A stretch of 62,507 bases of DNA, counting the filler, from Candidatus Zapsychrus exili (lineage in GTDB: Bacteria > Omnitrophota > Gorgyraeia > Zapsychrales > Zapsychraceae): assembly GCA_030765585.1 (NCBI GenBank). It is 7 parts of 7 records of this genome, joined end to end, with 100 filler letters (N's around TTAATTAATTAA, not from the genome) between each part and the next. Parts side by side here need not be neighbours in the genome. Positions count along the whole stretch, not along the records: positions 16,689 to 22,977 come from JAVCCJ010000109.1; positions 23,078 to 29,490 come from JAVCCJ010000115.1; 5 more parts are not named here. The stretch is one strand, 5' to 3'. The notes under the pieces are model-generated. The model had not been told where the DNA came from. It saw nothing but the letters and a program-made list of their open reading frames with translations, and searched no databases. Position numbers and translations under genes: made by a program. Positions 19,901 to 29,590 of this stretch are shown one piece after another (position 1 is the first letter of the stretch; the number at the start of each line of letters is the position of its first letter).

Positions 19901-22848
19901 AGGCAATATATGAGTGGGGAAAAACAATTAAAGGACTTTCAGAAGACGATAAAGAAAAGGTAGATTTTAGTTATGAATATTGGTTGAATAATTTCAGAGA
20001 GAGTCCAGAAAGTTTTCTTATTAAGGTAGAAACAACTAAGGGTGAAATAGCTGGTATGATGCTTTTTAAAAAGCAGGAAAAGTCTGAAGCTCATTTTTCA
20101 CAGCAGCCTGTTTATTTTATTGATATTGTAGAGGTATTGCCTTCTTTTAGGGGAAAAGGTTTCTTTACTATTCTTATGGCAGCTGTTTGTGAGATATCTT
20201 TGAAAGATGAAAATGTTTCTAGATTAGATATTGAAAGAAGTACAGATATATTAACAGCGCATCCGAAAGAATCAACTGAAGATCTTGAAGAAGGTAGGTT
20301 GACTAGAGAAATATTTTATAAAGCAGGATTTAGCAATATTTGGGATAGGACTGTAGGCCCAACAGATATTTCTCAAGCTGAGTTTGATTTTCCTCTCGAA
20401 GGTTTAAGTAACAATATTAGTATGGAAAAAGGAGAACAAGAAAGATATCTTTTTGTTGGATTGTCTTTAGCAAGAGCGGAAAGTCTTCTAGAAAAAGCGA
20501 AAGGTTTGATGATTAAGGAAGCTTCGAATGTAAAAATGGTAACAAAAAATGATGATTTGGCAAGAAGGCAACATAGCCTTCAAAAAGAATATACAAAAAT
20601 AAGAGGAATGGACGACTATAAAGGCATATTATTCAATTATGGTTTTAGGTTTAAAGTAAATAAATCACGATCAAGCGACCTTAGCGCGATTATTCATCTT
20701 ACTTATCGTAATATTTTAAAACGTGGCGAAAAAAGATCTGTGCGCGTAGCTGACGCTGGATGTGGTTTAGGAGTTTATCTTTCAGAGATTATGAAAGATA
20801 AAGCTTTTAGTAATCGTGTGGAAACTTATGGTGTAGATGCTGTAGATTGGAAGGCAAAAGACTTTAGTGATAAAGCCCTTAAAAAATTTCATGATTATTA
20901 TTCTAGAAAGTATGATTTAGAAATGCGTAATCAGTTTTTGAATAAAGAATTATTGACTAAATTTGTTCAAGCTGATATTGCAGAAGTCGAATTCTCAGAA
21001 AATGAAAAGCCAGACATAATCACATCTTTTTATGTTCTTCAATATCATAAAAATCCTTTAGCAGCCTGGGTTAATCTTTTTAATCAGATGGAATTTGATG
21101 GTAGCATTTTTAGTAATTTTGTTTTACCTAAAGAAAGAAAAGAAACAGAGCAAATTATAAAACAATATCGAGAGTTTGTAGATACATTACAAAAACAGGG
21201 AGTTGATATTGTAATGTATTTAAGCGAGAACAAGGAAAAAGAAGAGTTAGATTATATAGAATTTATTTTAATAGCAAGCCCTTCTAAGGGTCAAAGTCTT
21301 AAATTAAATTTTATTCCAGAAGTGCTTAAGCCGGCTTTATTAAAGAATCCTGATGGTTCAGAATATGAAATACAAGTAGTTGATTACCATAAAAATAACG
21401 ATAAGTTGCCTGTAGAGGTTGTTTCTGTAGATAAAAAGTCGGAAGACAATGCTATGGTATCAGAGAGTGTTTTTAATTTTGACGAATTCATCAACACAGG
21501 TTCTACTTATTACGAAATAGCGGGAATGAAACTAGAATTTATTTTAAGAGAATTTGGTAATGCAGATAATCCGCAATATTTAATCGATGTGGCTTTAGAC
21601 AGAAATAGGACAGGAGAGACAAAGATAGCTCAGATGGATTTCTTGGTGAGGAAAAAGAAAAAGAGAGCCAAGATTGATAGGGCGGTGACTCTTCCTAAAG
21701 ATAAGGAAGATATATTGTTAGATAGGGGTTGGCGCATTACGTCGCATAAGGTGCCTAATATACCAATAGAGCATACCGCAGGATTATATGTAGTCGAAGA
21801 ATATAGAAATGGTGGAGAGAAGGGTGTACAAAATTTAGGCAAGCTTCTTATAGAAATAGCATTTAGAATAATGGAAAGAGATGGTGTTAAAACTGCTACA
21901 ATAATTCCAAAGGCAGATGTAAAGAGAATAGAGTTTTATGAGAATAATCTTAGTGCAGTAAAGTCAGATAATTCGAGTGATGGGCCAAACGCCTTAAAGG
22001 TTGATTTAAAGAATAGAAAAAAGAGCGAGCTTCTTAAAATTAAGAGAGAAAAAGGAAAAGTTTTAAGAATAATAGTTGATACTAGCGTACCTTCAAATTT
22101 GAAGACTTCTGATGATGCAATGTTGTCAGACATTGGAGATGATGTTGAAGTTGTAGGTAAAATAGATTATAGAAATGTTTTCTCTAATGAGCTATCTCAA
22201 GAGTATTTTAATGAGTTAATTGAAAATAACAGGGTTTTTATTAAAGTCTCTGAGAATGATATGTTTGAGTTTCAGTTAGTAGAGTTTTCTAAAGACAAAT
22301 GGTATTCTATTGTTGTTAAAACAGAAGATGGTCGCGAGATCGGATATTTTGATTTTCGCTTAGGTATCGCAGACTATGGCTATGATCGTGAGGATTTAAA
22401 GAGTGTTGCTATAGAAGTTAAAGAGGATATAAGTAAAAAGTATAAAGGTATAGGTAGAGCTCTTGTTTCGTTTGCTTTAGCTATATCAAAAGTAAATGGT
22501 AGAAAAAAGTTTTTTGCACGTTCTTCGGCAAAGGATAAGTTTTGGAATGATTTGGGATTTATTAATGTGTATAAGAACAATTTGGAGTATAGCCTAGAGA
22601 ATCAGCCGATACTGAATATAATAATAAAAGAAAAAGAGCTTGGTGGTATCGACCTAAATGCAAGCAATTTAGAGATAGAAAGTATGGGGGAGAAAATAGA
22701 TTTTAATGATTTCTTTAATGTAAAAGATTTCCAAAATATTGAAGGTTTTGTGCCTGTTATAATAGATATCTCACCTGTAACAAACGTATATCAAATGCTT
22801 GGATTAGACTCAACATATCAAGTACCTGCAGAAGGATCTTCCACTTAA
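16966..22848 (+). CDS. 1960-aa modular protein: N-terminal export/conserved region, MidA-like SAM methyltransferase, GNAT, class I SAM methyltransferase, two further GNAT-like domains, C-terminal GGIDLN region
   Basis: N-terminal hydrophobic segment; VEMGAGNG...SNELVDDLP...TIDYG (Methyltransf_28-like); FRGKGF, YRNG..LGKLL and YKGIGRAL GNAT-like motifs; ADAGCGLG; D-x-A-M linkers. Confidence 0.8.
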   Translation: MNQMALRGGTINKSPIYKVIVVLIILSFISSTIAPISYAQILPAVGTTVSLSAVFNPVVIKGLKLYPSNPLKFDFIVDQADSNLVQEQLKQESTKLIKYFLASLTTPEDDMWVNLNPKERDRIIPQDFGVTQMGRDLLAQDYILKQITVSLMHPEKETGKKFWDKIYKQAFDKYGVVDIDTDVLSRVWIVPEKAVVYEAEDRAFVVESKLKVLLEEEYLNKSSVLSDTWSESELKRTTYHVPLTTNIIKSVIVPALEKEVNQGKHFAPLRQIYHSMILATWYKRNLKETLLGKVYIDQNKTKGVDIKDKDEKFKIYNQYLESFKQGAYNYIKEEYDPVTQEIIPKKYFSGGLTGLKMKDLDVIQSLNQDQLNDFAMVTEENRFKTVTSDLSVLRDQAMMASKIRDDIAKIVKSSRGEKVNFAEFMKLANTGYYSYIAEIGKNMDFDTFAEKRYFGEAVSNQIIQMWEIMGKSHKFSIVEMGAGNGVLAFNVIDLLRIKAPGLFNALEYVIVDVGDKLVGKQKEVLKSFEGKVRWIEKSIEDIKDSDLKDIEGVFLSNELVDDLPGHRIKKVDGSLKEIYVIYKDGEFRDEIGDISETLEGYISGKDILLNEGEETIVRPSVGRMQKIISNSLKKGFVLTIDYGGKIQENVEGREYAVWGGNKENIAIDELYGLIGASEITSDVDFYDIVQEGKKNNIKVNDFIHQRNFIGNLVDFETLERLPNKEYSDFNTSFGFKVLVQSKGIDESVQLEGFKKNRRYDFGATLSKEVIVKIPMQFMDFKFIVISDFYTNVPKDKIRGGIKTLESYIRERGYVSYGFVQIESISSGYFKIKREHIKDMVIRDDKGNVVFNAKEYFEKDSNKIEEYALSENSFIDRYSSRLDLSVPYVYRIPKTFHLEIKESKVVSFVASPISNFDQAMMAVEEEQLKLKFNQQMELFSQEELKRLLNKKYDMEGSFVNKKDSKKYKLSVISRGVRIEEAIYEWGKTIKGLSEDDKEKVDFSYEYWLNNFRESPESFLIKVETTKGEIAGMMLFKKQEKSEAHFSQQPVYFIDIVEVLPSFRGKGFFTILMAAVCEISLKDENVSRLDIERSTDILTAHPKESTEDLEEGRLTREIFYKAGFSNIWDRTVGPTDISQAEFDFPLEGLSNNISMEKGEQERYLFVGLSLARAESLLEKAKGLMIKEASNVKMVTKNDDLARRQHSLQKEYTKIRGMDDYKGILFNYGFRFKVNKSRSSDLSAIIHLTYRNILKRGEKRSVRVADAGCGLGVYLSEIMKDKAFSNRVETYGVDAVDWKAKDFSDKALKKFHDYYSRKYDLEMRNQFLNKELLTKFVQADIAEVEFSENEKPDIITSFYVLQYHKNPLAAWVNLFNQMEFDGSIFSNFVLPKERKETEQIIKQYREFVDTLQKQGVDIVMYLSENKEKEELDYIEFILIASPSKGQSLKLNFIPEVLKPALLKNPDGSEYEIQVVDYHKNNDKLPVEVVSVDKKSEDNAMVSESVFNFDEFINTGSTYYEIAGMKLEFILREFGNADNPQYLIDVALDRNRTGETKIAQMDFLVRKKKKRAKIDRAVTLPKDKEDILLDRGWRITSHKVPNIPIEHTAGLYVVEEYRNGGEKGVQNLGKLLIEIAFRIMERDGVKTATIIPKADVKRIEFYENNLSAVKSDNSSDGPNALKVDLKNRKKSELLKIKREKGKVLRIIVDTSVPSNLKTSDDAMLSDIGDDVEVVGKIDYRNVFSNELSQEYFNELIENNRVFIKVSENDMFEFQLVEFSKDKWYSIVVKTEDGREIGYFDFRLGIADYGYDREDLKSVAIEVKEDISKKYKGIGRALVSFALAISKVNGRKKFFARSSAKDKFWNDLGFINVYKNNLEYSLENQPILNIIIKEKELGGIDLNASNLEIESMGEKIDFNDFFNVKDFQNIEGFVPVIIDISPVTNVYQMLGLDSTYQVPAEGSST

Positions 22849-22858
22849 ACAAGAACGT

Positions 22859-22977
22859 TGTAGATTCTAGTTTCTAGTGCAACAGTTTAAAGAATACCTC
22901 ATTAGGTGTATAAAAATCATGTACTTTTCGAGGCCTGTCGTTTAATAGTTCTTGGACCTCTTTTAATTTCTTTTCTG
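22859..22977 (-). mobile_element. IS30-family element, right end (transposase C-terminus + IRR)
   Basis: Reverse complement of 51714-51832; encodes LNDRPRKVHDFYTPNEVF; terminus TGTAGATTCTAG...GCAACA. Confidence 0.88.
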
Positions 22978-23243
22978 NNNNNNNNNNNNNNNNNNNNNNN
23001 NNNNNNNNNNNNNNNNNNNNNTTAATTAATTAANNNNNNNNNNNNNNNNNNNNNNNNNNNNNNNNNNNNNNNNNNNNAAAGATAACTTAATCAACATTAT
23101 ATCAGGAGAAAAATAGTAAAAGTATGGGTTTTATATACCCGATAGTATCAGGAAACGCTTCTTCTTAAGGACATGAAGATATAGCTGGTGATGCGTAATA
23201 GGGATGGGCGATATAGAAAGACTATATAACAGGGAGCTATGAG

Positions 23244-23762
23244 ATGAAAGTAGGTATTTATGCAAGAGTTAGCTCTGATGATCAAACCACAGAGACTCAG
23301 TTGATTCCATTAAGAGAACATTGTAAGAGAATGGAGTATGAAATTATTGGTGAATACGTTGATGATGGCTACTCAGGTAAAGATGATAAAAGGCCAGCAT
23401 TCGAGCGTATGCTGTTCGCTATGCGTTCTGGCAAACTGGAAGCTGTAGTTTGTTATAAGCTTGATAGAATAGGTAGAAGTTTAAAGCATCTATTGAATCT
23501 GTTTGAAGAATTTGAGAACAGGAAGATTGGTTTTGTATCGTTGTCACAAAACATTGATACGAATACACCTGAAGGCAGAATGTTTCTAAAGATGTTGATG
23601 GTTCTTAGTGAATATGAGCGAGAACTTATAGTGAGTCGGACACTGGAAGGGATTAAGAGGGCAAGGAAACAGGGGAAGACATTAGGAAGACCTAAAGGTA
23701 AATGTGATAGTAGGCCACGAAAGAAAGGTGGCTATTATTTGAGGTATATGAGTAACAAATAA
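23244..23762 (+). CDS. Small serine recombinase (resolvase/invertase family)
   Basis: YARVSS..Q, YVDDGYSG..DKRP, KLDRIGRS, EYERELI..RT..G, GKTLGRP. Confidence 0.92.
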   Translation: MKVGIYARVSSDDQTTETQLIPLREHCKRMEYEIIGEYVDDGYSGKDDKRPAFERMLFAMRSGKLEAVVCYKLDRIGRSLKHLLNLFEEFENRKIGFVSLSQNIDTNTPEGRMFLKMLMVLSEYERELIVSRTLEGIKRARKQGKTLGRPKGKCDSRPRKKGGYYLRYMSNK

Positions 23763-23840
23763 TCCTCCCCCCGATTTACGGGGCTATATAGCGGGGTTTT
23801 TCCACTGACAAAAAAACGTCCGATTGTTTGAGGAGGTAAT

Positions 23841-24047
23841 ATGGCGAAGTTTCCAGAGTGGGTTGATTCTTGGAAAGAGCAATACGAAGAAGAAGCAGAG
23901 TGTGAAGTGTTAAAAGCAGATATAAGAATGGTAATGAGAAAATCGAATGGAGAAATTATTATTCGTTCTTCGGAATATGAAAGCAAGAATATGCCGAAGA
24001 TAGAACTCAATAAAACTCCACAGGGCTCAATACCTATCTGTGGATAG
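23841..24047 (+). CDS. Small hypothetical protein
   Basis: 68 aa with strong GAGGAGG RBS. Confidence 0.55.
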   Translation: MAKFPEWVDSWKEQYEEEAECEVLKADIRMVMRKSNGEIIIRSSEYESKNMPKIELNKTPQGSIPICG

Positions 24048-24248
24048 TGGTAGCTCTATGAAATACGAAGATTGGATGAGGCTTGTTAGAAAACAGCCAC
24101 ACAAGGATTTAAACGGTAGATATATTGTCTCTATATACGGTAAACTAATTGGCGAAATAGTCTATAGAGAAGGTATTGTGATTTCCCGGAAGAAACTAAA
24201 AGTAAAATAAAGCGACTATAATGTCGCTACAAGAAAAAGGGGGTTAAA

Positions 24249-25001
24249 ATGGAGGGCATAAAAGTTTTGCGTAGTACCCAGATAATTATACTGGGGATTT
24301 GTTTTGTGATTGCTACAATAGTCTCAACCATTATATTTTCACAAGGTTTAATGAAGATAAAAAGGTTTTCCTCAGAAGTTATCAAAGTCACTGGTTCTGC
24401 TGAAAAGAATATCATTTCTGACTACATGGTTTGGAAAGCAAGATTTTCAAGGCGTGACCCCACGATGACCGTAGCTTTTAATATGTTAAGGGAAGACTTA
24501 AAGACCATAAAAGATTATTTTGCTACCAAGGGAATTAAGGAAGAGGGAATCATAGTTGCCCCTGTAGTTACATCCATTCTTTATAAAAAGAATGAGAAAG
24601 GTAACGATACAAACGAAATTGAAGTATATCTGTTATCACAGGAGATAGAGATTAGATCCTACGATGTCATAAAGGTAACTGATATCTCTAGGCAGTCAAC
24701 AGAGCTGATTGAAAAAGGTATAGAATTTATTTCTCCGGCTCCAGAATACTTTTACACGAAGTTGGCACACCTTAAACTTGAGATGTTGAAAGAAGCTACG
24801 GGCAACGCCAAGAAACGAGCTGAACAGATGGCATCCGCAGCTAACAACAAAATAGGTATTATGCGTTCCGCAAGGATGGGCGTATTCCAGATAACACCTG
24901 TTAATTCCTATGACGTATCTGACTGGGGATATAATGATACGTCGTCTTTAGAGAAAAAGGTTAACGCTGTAGTGAGTGCAGAGTTTGCAATAACAGAATA
25001 G
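24249..25001 (+). CDS. SIMPL/DUF541 domain protein
   Basis: N-terminal TM, VTGSAEK, EATGNAKKRAEQMA, SARMGVFQI. Confidence 0.85.
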   Translation: MEGIKVLRSTQIIILGICFVIATIVSTIIFSQGLMKIKRFSSEVIKVTGSAEKNIISDYMVWKARFSRRDPTMTVAFNMLREDLKTIKDYFATKGIKEEGIIVAPVVTSILYKKNEKGNDTNEIEVYLLSQEIEIRSYDVIKVTDISRQSTELIEKGIEFISPAPEYFYTKLAHLKLEMLKEATGNAKKRAEQMASAANNKIGIMRSARMGVFQITPVNSYDVSDWGYNDTSSLEKKVNAVVSAEFAITE

Positions 25002-25022
25002 GATATAAAATAAGGGATACTT

Positions 25023-25463
25023 ATGGAATACGATAAAAAAATGTTAGAAGAATGGTGCCGGATGGAAGACTGGGGGAGTTATCTTGATCGGAATGGCGCG
25101 CTGAATAAATTTTCGTCACAAGAGGGATTTCAATTTCTCCAGAGAGAATATTTTTCAGAAGTAAAAAGACGCATAGATTATTGTAAAAATTTGCTAAAAT
25201 ACCATGAGGACGCATTTCTCTGCTATACGCTAGGCGAATTGTGTGATCGGCTTAACGAGGACGAATCACCCGCATATTTATATAAACGACCAGTGAGATA
25301 TTATTGTCTGAAGGCTCTTGAGATCGATCCGGATTTTGCGCCTGCGAAGAACTTGCTAAAGAAAATAAAGGCTTGGATAGAGTTTATTGGTGGCGATGAT
25401 GGAGAAGATATTATGCCTGAGCTAAATGTAGAGGTTTCTAGAGGAAGGAAAAATAGTGTTTGA
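25023..25463 (+). CDS. Hypothetical protein with a TPR-like motif
   Basis: KALEIDPDFAPAKNLL. Confidence 0.55.
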   Translation: MEYDKKMLEEWCRMEDWGSYLDRNGALNKFSSQEGFQFLQREYFSEVKRRIDYCKNLLKYHEDAFLCYTLGELCDRLNEDESPAYLYKRPVRYYCLKALEIDPDFAPAKNLLKKIKAWIEFIGGDDGEDIMPELNVEVSRGRKNSV

Positions 25464-25489
25464 CAAGTGTTACTTTCAGATGTTATACT
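25460..25489 (+). promoter_or_regulatory. Sigma70-like promoter, probably giving a leaderless transcript
   Basis: TTGACA-18-TATACT ending 6 nt before ATG 25496; no RBS. Confidence 0.55.
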
Positions 25490-25495
25490 TTAGCC

Positions 25496-25801
25496 ATGGA
25501 AACAAACGAAGATAAATTTTGGAGATTGATTAAGCAGTTAAAAGAAATACAGATCGAAGCAGTTGAATGCGTAAAATCAGATCAGGATGAACAAAGTCGA
25601 CGTAAGAAGCAAAAGCAACTAATAGGAGCGCAGATTAGAACTTATCGCGTTGAGAACCGCCTTACTCAAGAAGAGCTAGCTACGAGGTTAAACGTCACAA
25701 AGATGGAAATAATACGTTGGGAGTTAGCAAGAAATATGCCAAGCAAAGTGTTTATGGAAATCTTAAAAGAGAAAGGGATAGTAAGGGGAGAAGACCTTTA
25801 G
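25496..25801 (+). CDS. XRE-family HTH repressor-like protein
   Basis: IRTYR...LTQEELA.RL.V....I.RWE...P. Confidence 0.8.
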   Translation: METNEDKFWRLIKQLKEIQIEAVECVKSDQDEQSRRKKQKQLIGAQIRTYRVENRLTQEELATRLNVTKMEIIRWELARNMPSKVFMEILKEKGIVRGEDL

Positions 25802-26003
25802 GGGTTTTTTTGTCTACGGAAGTAACAAGTATGGGTAACATTTATCACTTATTTCATAGAAAAATGTTTAGTTTAGAAAATATTTCAAATTTCCCTAAAA
25901 TTTTCAGAACTTCGGCGTTTAATTATAATGGGTAGCTCATCGCGAAGTGTCTATCCCAAGGGTGTTACTAAAGAGGAAACAGTATTAATAATAGGAGGGA
26001 AGA

Positions 26004-29000
26004 ATGGTTAATCGAGATTTAATAACAAGAATCAAGGAAGCAAACAGGATTGAAGATGTTACAAAGGAATTTGGAGTAGCGTTAAAGAATAATAAAGCTC
26101 TTTGTCCTTTCCACAAAGAAAAGCACGAAAGTTTCAGTATTGAACCCAACAAACAGATTGCCAGGTGTTTTGCCTGTATGCCTAAAGCGGTAGATGTTAT
26201 TGGTTTGGTGATGAAGTTTAAGGACTGTGGTTTTGGAGAAGCAGTGAGCTATTTGGCTAAGCGAGTAAACATAGAAATGGATCCTCTGACCCCTGAAGAA
26301 GAAATTGCCATACAAAAATTCATAAGAAGAAAAGAAATATTGGAAGCAACAGCTCAGTTTTACTACAGTAGGCTTGTTGAGAATAATTATGAGGACAGCC
26401 TGGGCTATATTAAGGAAAGAGAGTTTACGAAAGACCTCCTTAATTTTTTTGTAATCGGATTGGCGGAAGACAGCGGCTTGCGTAATTATTTAGTCAAGAA
26501 TAGGTTTAAGGTAGAGGAATGTATTGAGATGGGTGTTTTAGCTGTAGACGAGAAGAGTGATCGTATTTACGATTTTTTTAGAGATCGTTTGGTTTTTCCG
26601 GTTATGGTTAGGGGTGAGGTAGTTTCGATGACTGCCAGAACTTTAAAAAAAGGTTTTGAACCCAAGTGGCTGCATCTTAAGGGCGAAATCAATAATTTCT
26701 ACAATGAGGATGCTCTTCAAATAGAAGAGGATGTTTTGATTTGCGAAGGTCCTTCCGACACATTGGCAGCTATTATGAAAGGATATAACGCTGTTGGCAT
26801 ACTCGGAGCAAAAACATTTAAAGAAGAATACTTGAAAAAATTTAAGAAAGAGGCGCGGATATACATTTGCCTTGATGGAGACAAGGCTGGCAAAGATGGA
26901 ACCGAGCAAATCAGTGAAATATTTATGGGAGAAGAGAAAATCGTATTGCTACCACAAGGACAAGATCTCGCTGATTATTTTAAAACGCATACTATTGAGC
27001 AATTTGAAGCGCTAAAAAAGCTGGCTAAGAATTGGCAAGAAACAAAACTTGATGAGGATCAAGCAATCCAGATACATCTCAATGATGCAGATGATGCTAA
27101 ATACTCTAATAAGAAGGTAATGATTGATGTAATGGTATGTGCTAAGGGCGAGACCTTTCACGTTCCCAAGATATTCAGGGCTAAGTGTAATAAGAATTGC
27201 AAAAACACCCGTTGCCCTATAAATAATAAATACCGCAAATATCATATCTCGTCTAATAGCAAAGAGTTGATTGATTTCACTATGCTCAGTGATTCTCGAA
27301 TAACAAGTTGTCTTAGGGCGATGATTCATTGTGTGGAAGATATGCAAAAGCGTGGATGTATCAATATTGAAATATTAGAGCAAATAACGATACAGGAGAT
27401 CCTAGTAGTTCCCAAAACTTCAAGGATAGAGGTAAGGCAAGACGGCGAGAGAAACATAGTCATCGATGAGATTGGGAAGGAATATAGGGATAAAAAGATA
27501 TATGTTCAAGCCGCTTTGCCAAAAACAAATCAGTATTTCAGGATTCATGGATGGGTTAAATCAAATCCGAAGAGTCAAGTTGCCACTTTACTTATTTATA
27601 AACTCGAATCAATTAACAATGAGTACGAGAATCTTGAATTGACCGACAAGGTAAAACAGGAATTCAAAGTTTTCCAAGTGATTGGTGATTACACAATCGA
27701 ATCAAAGCTAGACGAAATGTTGGAGGACATCACAAATAATATCACCAAAATTTATGGAGGTCATAGAAAACGGATTTTACTCTGCATGTTATTGACCTAT
27801 TGCTCTCAGATATCTTTTGAGTTTGATGGAGAGGTTCTTAGAAGAGGTTGGGTCGAAATGTTCCTTATTGGAGATACCGGCCAAGGCAAGACCCAGATGT
27901 ATGACAATCTCAGTAAAGCCATAGGACTAGGTGAATTTATAAGCGGGACAGCAGCTTCGAGGTCAGGGATCGTATACGCCTGTGTTCAGGTAGGAGGCAC
28001 TTGGTTTCTGATTTGGGGTAAGTACCCTCTTAATGACGGTAAGCTTCTTTTTATAGATGAAGGGCAGGCATTGGACATTGAAGAATGGGAAAAGATGTCG
28101 AGTGGTCGTAGTGATGGGATTGTGAGAGCAGACAGAGTAAAGAAAGGCGAGCATCCAAGTAGAACCCGTTTAATTATCTCCTGTAATCCTAAGAATAACA
28201 GGGTGCTCGATGACAATATGTGCGGAGTTGAAACATTGATATTTATTTTTAGAGCGGCTGATATAAGAAGATTTGATATTGGTGGTTTTATGAGTAGTAG
28301 CGATCAGTCAAGCGATATTGTCAATCAGGCTAGTAGCGAAAGAATTCGTACTGTTCAGAAAGTATTCCCTGTTGTATTACGTAATTTAGTCTGTTGGGCT
28401 TGGACAAGGAAAACAGAGAATATACTGTTTGAGGAGGAAGCCAAAGATAAGGTATTTACTGTCGCTAAAGAACTTACCATCATTTATAGCTCAGCCAAGA
28501 GCATCCCGCTTATTACTACGGATGTTCGTCATAAGATAGCTCGTCTTTCAGTGGCGCTGGCTACGCTGTTGCATTCGACAGATGACAAACATGAAAAAGT
28601 TATTGTTAGGGTGGATCACGTTAACTATATCAATAAATTAATGCAGGAGATGTTTAACCACGAAAATTGTTGTTTAAATGTATATGCTGAGCTTAAAAAG
28701 GAAAATGCCACCTTAAGTGATAAGGAGTATAAAGAATTTATAGACATGATTATCAAAGAAGGGATGGGAAGAAAAAGAACTGGTCAAGTTATTTTAAATG
28801 ATGATATGCGTATTATCTTTTTTGATTTTGCCAGTAATGATGTTGTCGAACGGACTCAACTAGCAGAAGCCCTTGATATTAATGCTGATAATGTGACTAA
28901 GAAACTCAAGATACTTAAGGATTATAGTCTCATAAGAGGCAGGTCAGGTAAGAGAGGTTATCGCAAAACAGCTAAGTTTAATAAAATATTAAGGAGAATG

Positions 29001-29081
29001 TTTTTAGATAAGTCTCTTCAGAAGGTGGACTATAAAAAAGAGGAAGAGGAAGAAAAAGACCTATGTAAAACAGAAAATTGA
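26004..29081 (+). CDS. DnaG-type primase (CHC2 zinc finger + TOPRIM) fused to MCM-like AAA+ helicase
   Basis: CPFH..K..SF...CFAC; ICEGPSD; LDGDKAG; Cys cluster; IGDTGQGKT, LFIDE, ISCNP, IRRFD; C-terminal HTH-like region. Confidence 0.8.
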   Translation: MVNRDLITRIKEANRIEDVTKEFGVALKNNKALCPFHKEKHESFSIEPNKQIARCFACMPKAVDVIGLVMKFKDCGFGEAVSYLAKRVNIEMDPLTPEEEIAIQKFIRRKEILEATAQFYYSRLVENNYEDSLGYIKEREFTKDLLNFFVIGLAEDSGLRNYLVKNRFKVEECIEMGVLAVDEKSDRIYDFFRDRLVFPVMVRGEVVSMTARTLKKGFEPKWLHLKGEINNFYNEDALQIEEDVLICEGPSDTLAAIMKGYNAVGILGAKTFKEEYLKKFKKEARIYICLDGDKAGKDGTEQISEIFMGEEKIVLLPQGQDLADYFKTHTIEQFEALKKLAKNWQETKLDEDQAIQIHLNDADDAKYSNKKVMIDVMVCAKGETFHVPKIFRAKCNKNCKNTRCPINNKYRKYHISSNSKELIDFTMLSDSRITSCLRAMIHCVEDMQKRGCINIEILEQITIQEILVVPKTSRIEVRQDGERNIVIDEIGKEYRDKKIYVQAALPKTNQYFRIHGWVKSNPKSQVATLLIYKLESINNEYENLELTDKVKQEFKVFQVIGDYTIESKLDEMLEDITNNITKIYGGHRKRILLCMLLTYCSQISFEFDGEVLRRGWVEMFLIGDTGQGKTQMYDNLSKAIGLGEFISGTAASRSGIVYACVQVGGTWFLIWGKYPLNDGKLLFIDEGQALDIEEWEKMSSGRSDGIVRADRVKKGEHPSRTRLIISCNPKNNRVLDDNMCGVETLIFIFRAADIRRFDIGGFMSSSDQSSDIVNQASSERIRTVQKVFPVVLRNLVCWAWTRKTENILFEEEAKDKVFTVAKELTIIYSSAKSIPLITTDVRHKIARLSVALATLLHSTDDKHEKVIVRVDHVNYINKLMQEMFNHENCCLNVYAELKKENATLSDKEYKEFIDMIIKEGMGRKRTGQVILNDDMRIIFFDFASNDVVERTQLAEALDINADNVTKKLKILKDYSLIRGRSGKRGYRKTAKFNKILRRMFLDKSLQKVDYKKEEEEEKDLCKTEN

Positions 29082-29217
29082 ACTGTTTTGCCGCTTTCAC
29101 CTGTTATTTTGAAGACTTGAAAACGGTTTTTTCCTAATCGAGATGAAAAACGCCTGCTTTTAGGTTCAGCAGATAACAGGTAAAACAGGCAAAAGCGTTA
29201 TGAAAGGAGGTATTTAT

Positions 29218-29490
29218 ATGTCAGTGATAGGAGAAAAGTTTAAGACTGGCGATATTGTTTGCACTGCAGGTGTGAATAGTCTGATGCGTGAAGATGAACG
29301 CTTCAGGATGTTTGTCCATGAGTGTTTGGTTAGGCACATGGCCGGTGACTGGGGTGATCTTTATGAAGAGGACAGACAGGCTAACGAAAGAGCTTTGGTT
29401 GAAGGCAGCCGGTTACTTTCTGCCTATAAAGCAAATAGCCTGTCTAAGATTTGGATAATCACAGAGGCAGATCAAGCATCGACGTGCATA
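29218..29490 (+). CDS. Small plasmid/ICE-associated protein (partial)
   Basis: RH..GDWGDL.EED..ANE.AL..G.RLLSAY...IWIITEAD family signature. Confidence 0.75.
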
Positions 29491-29590
29491 NNNNNNNNNN
29501 NNNNNNNNNNNNNNNNNNNNNNNNNNNNNNNNNNTTAATTAATTAANNNNNNNNNNNNNNNNNNNNNNNNNNNNNNNNNNNNNNNNNNNN

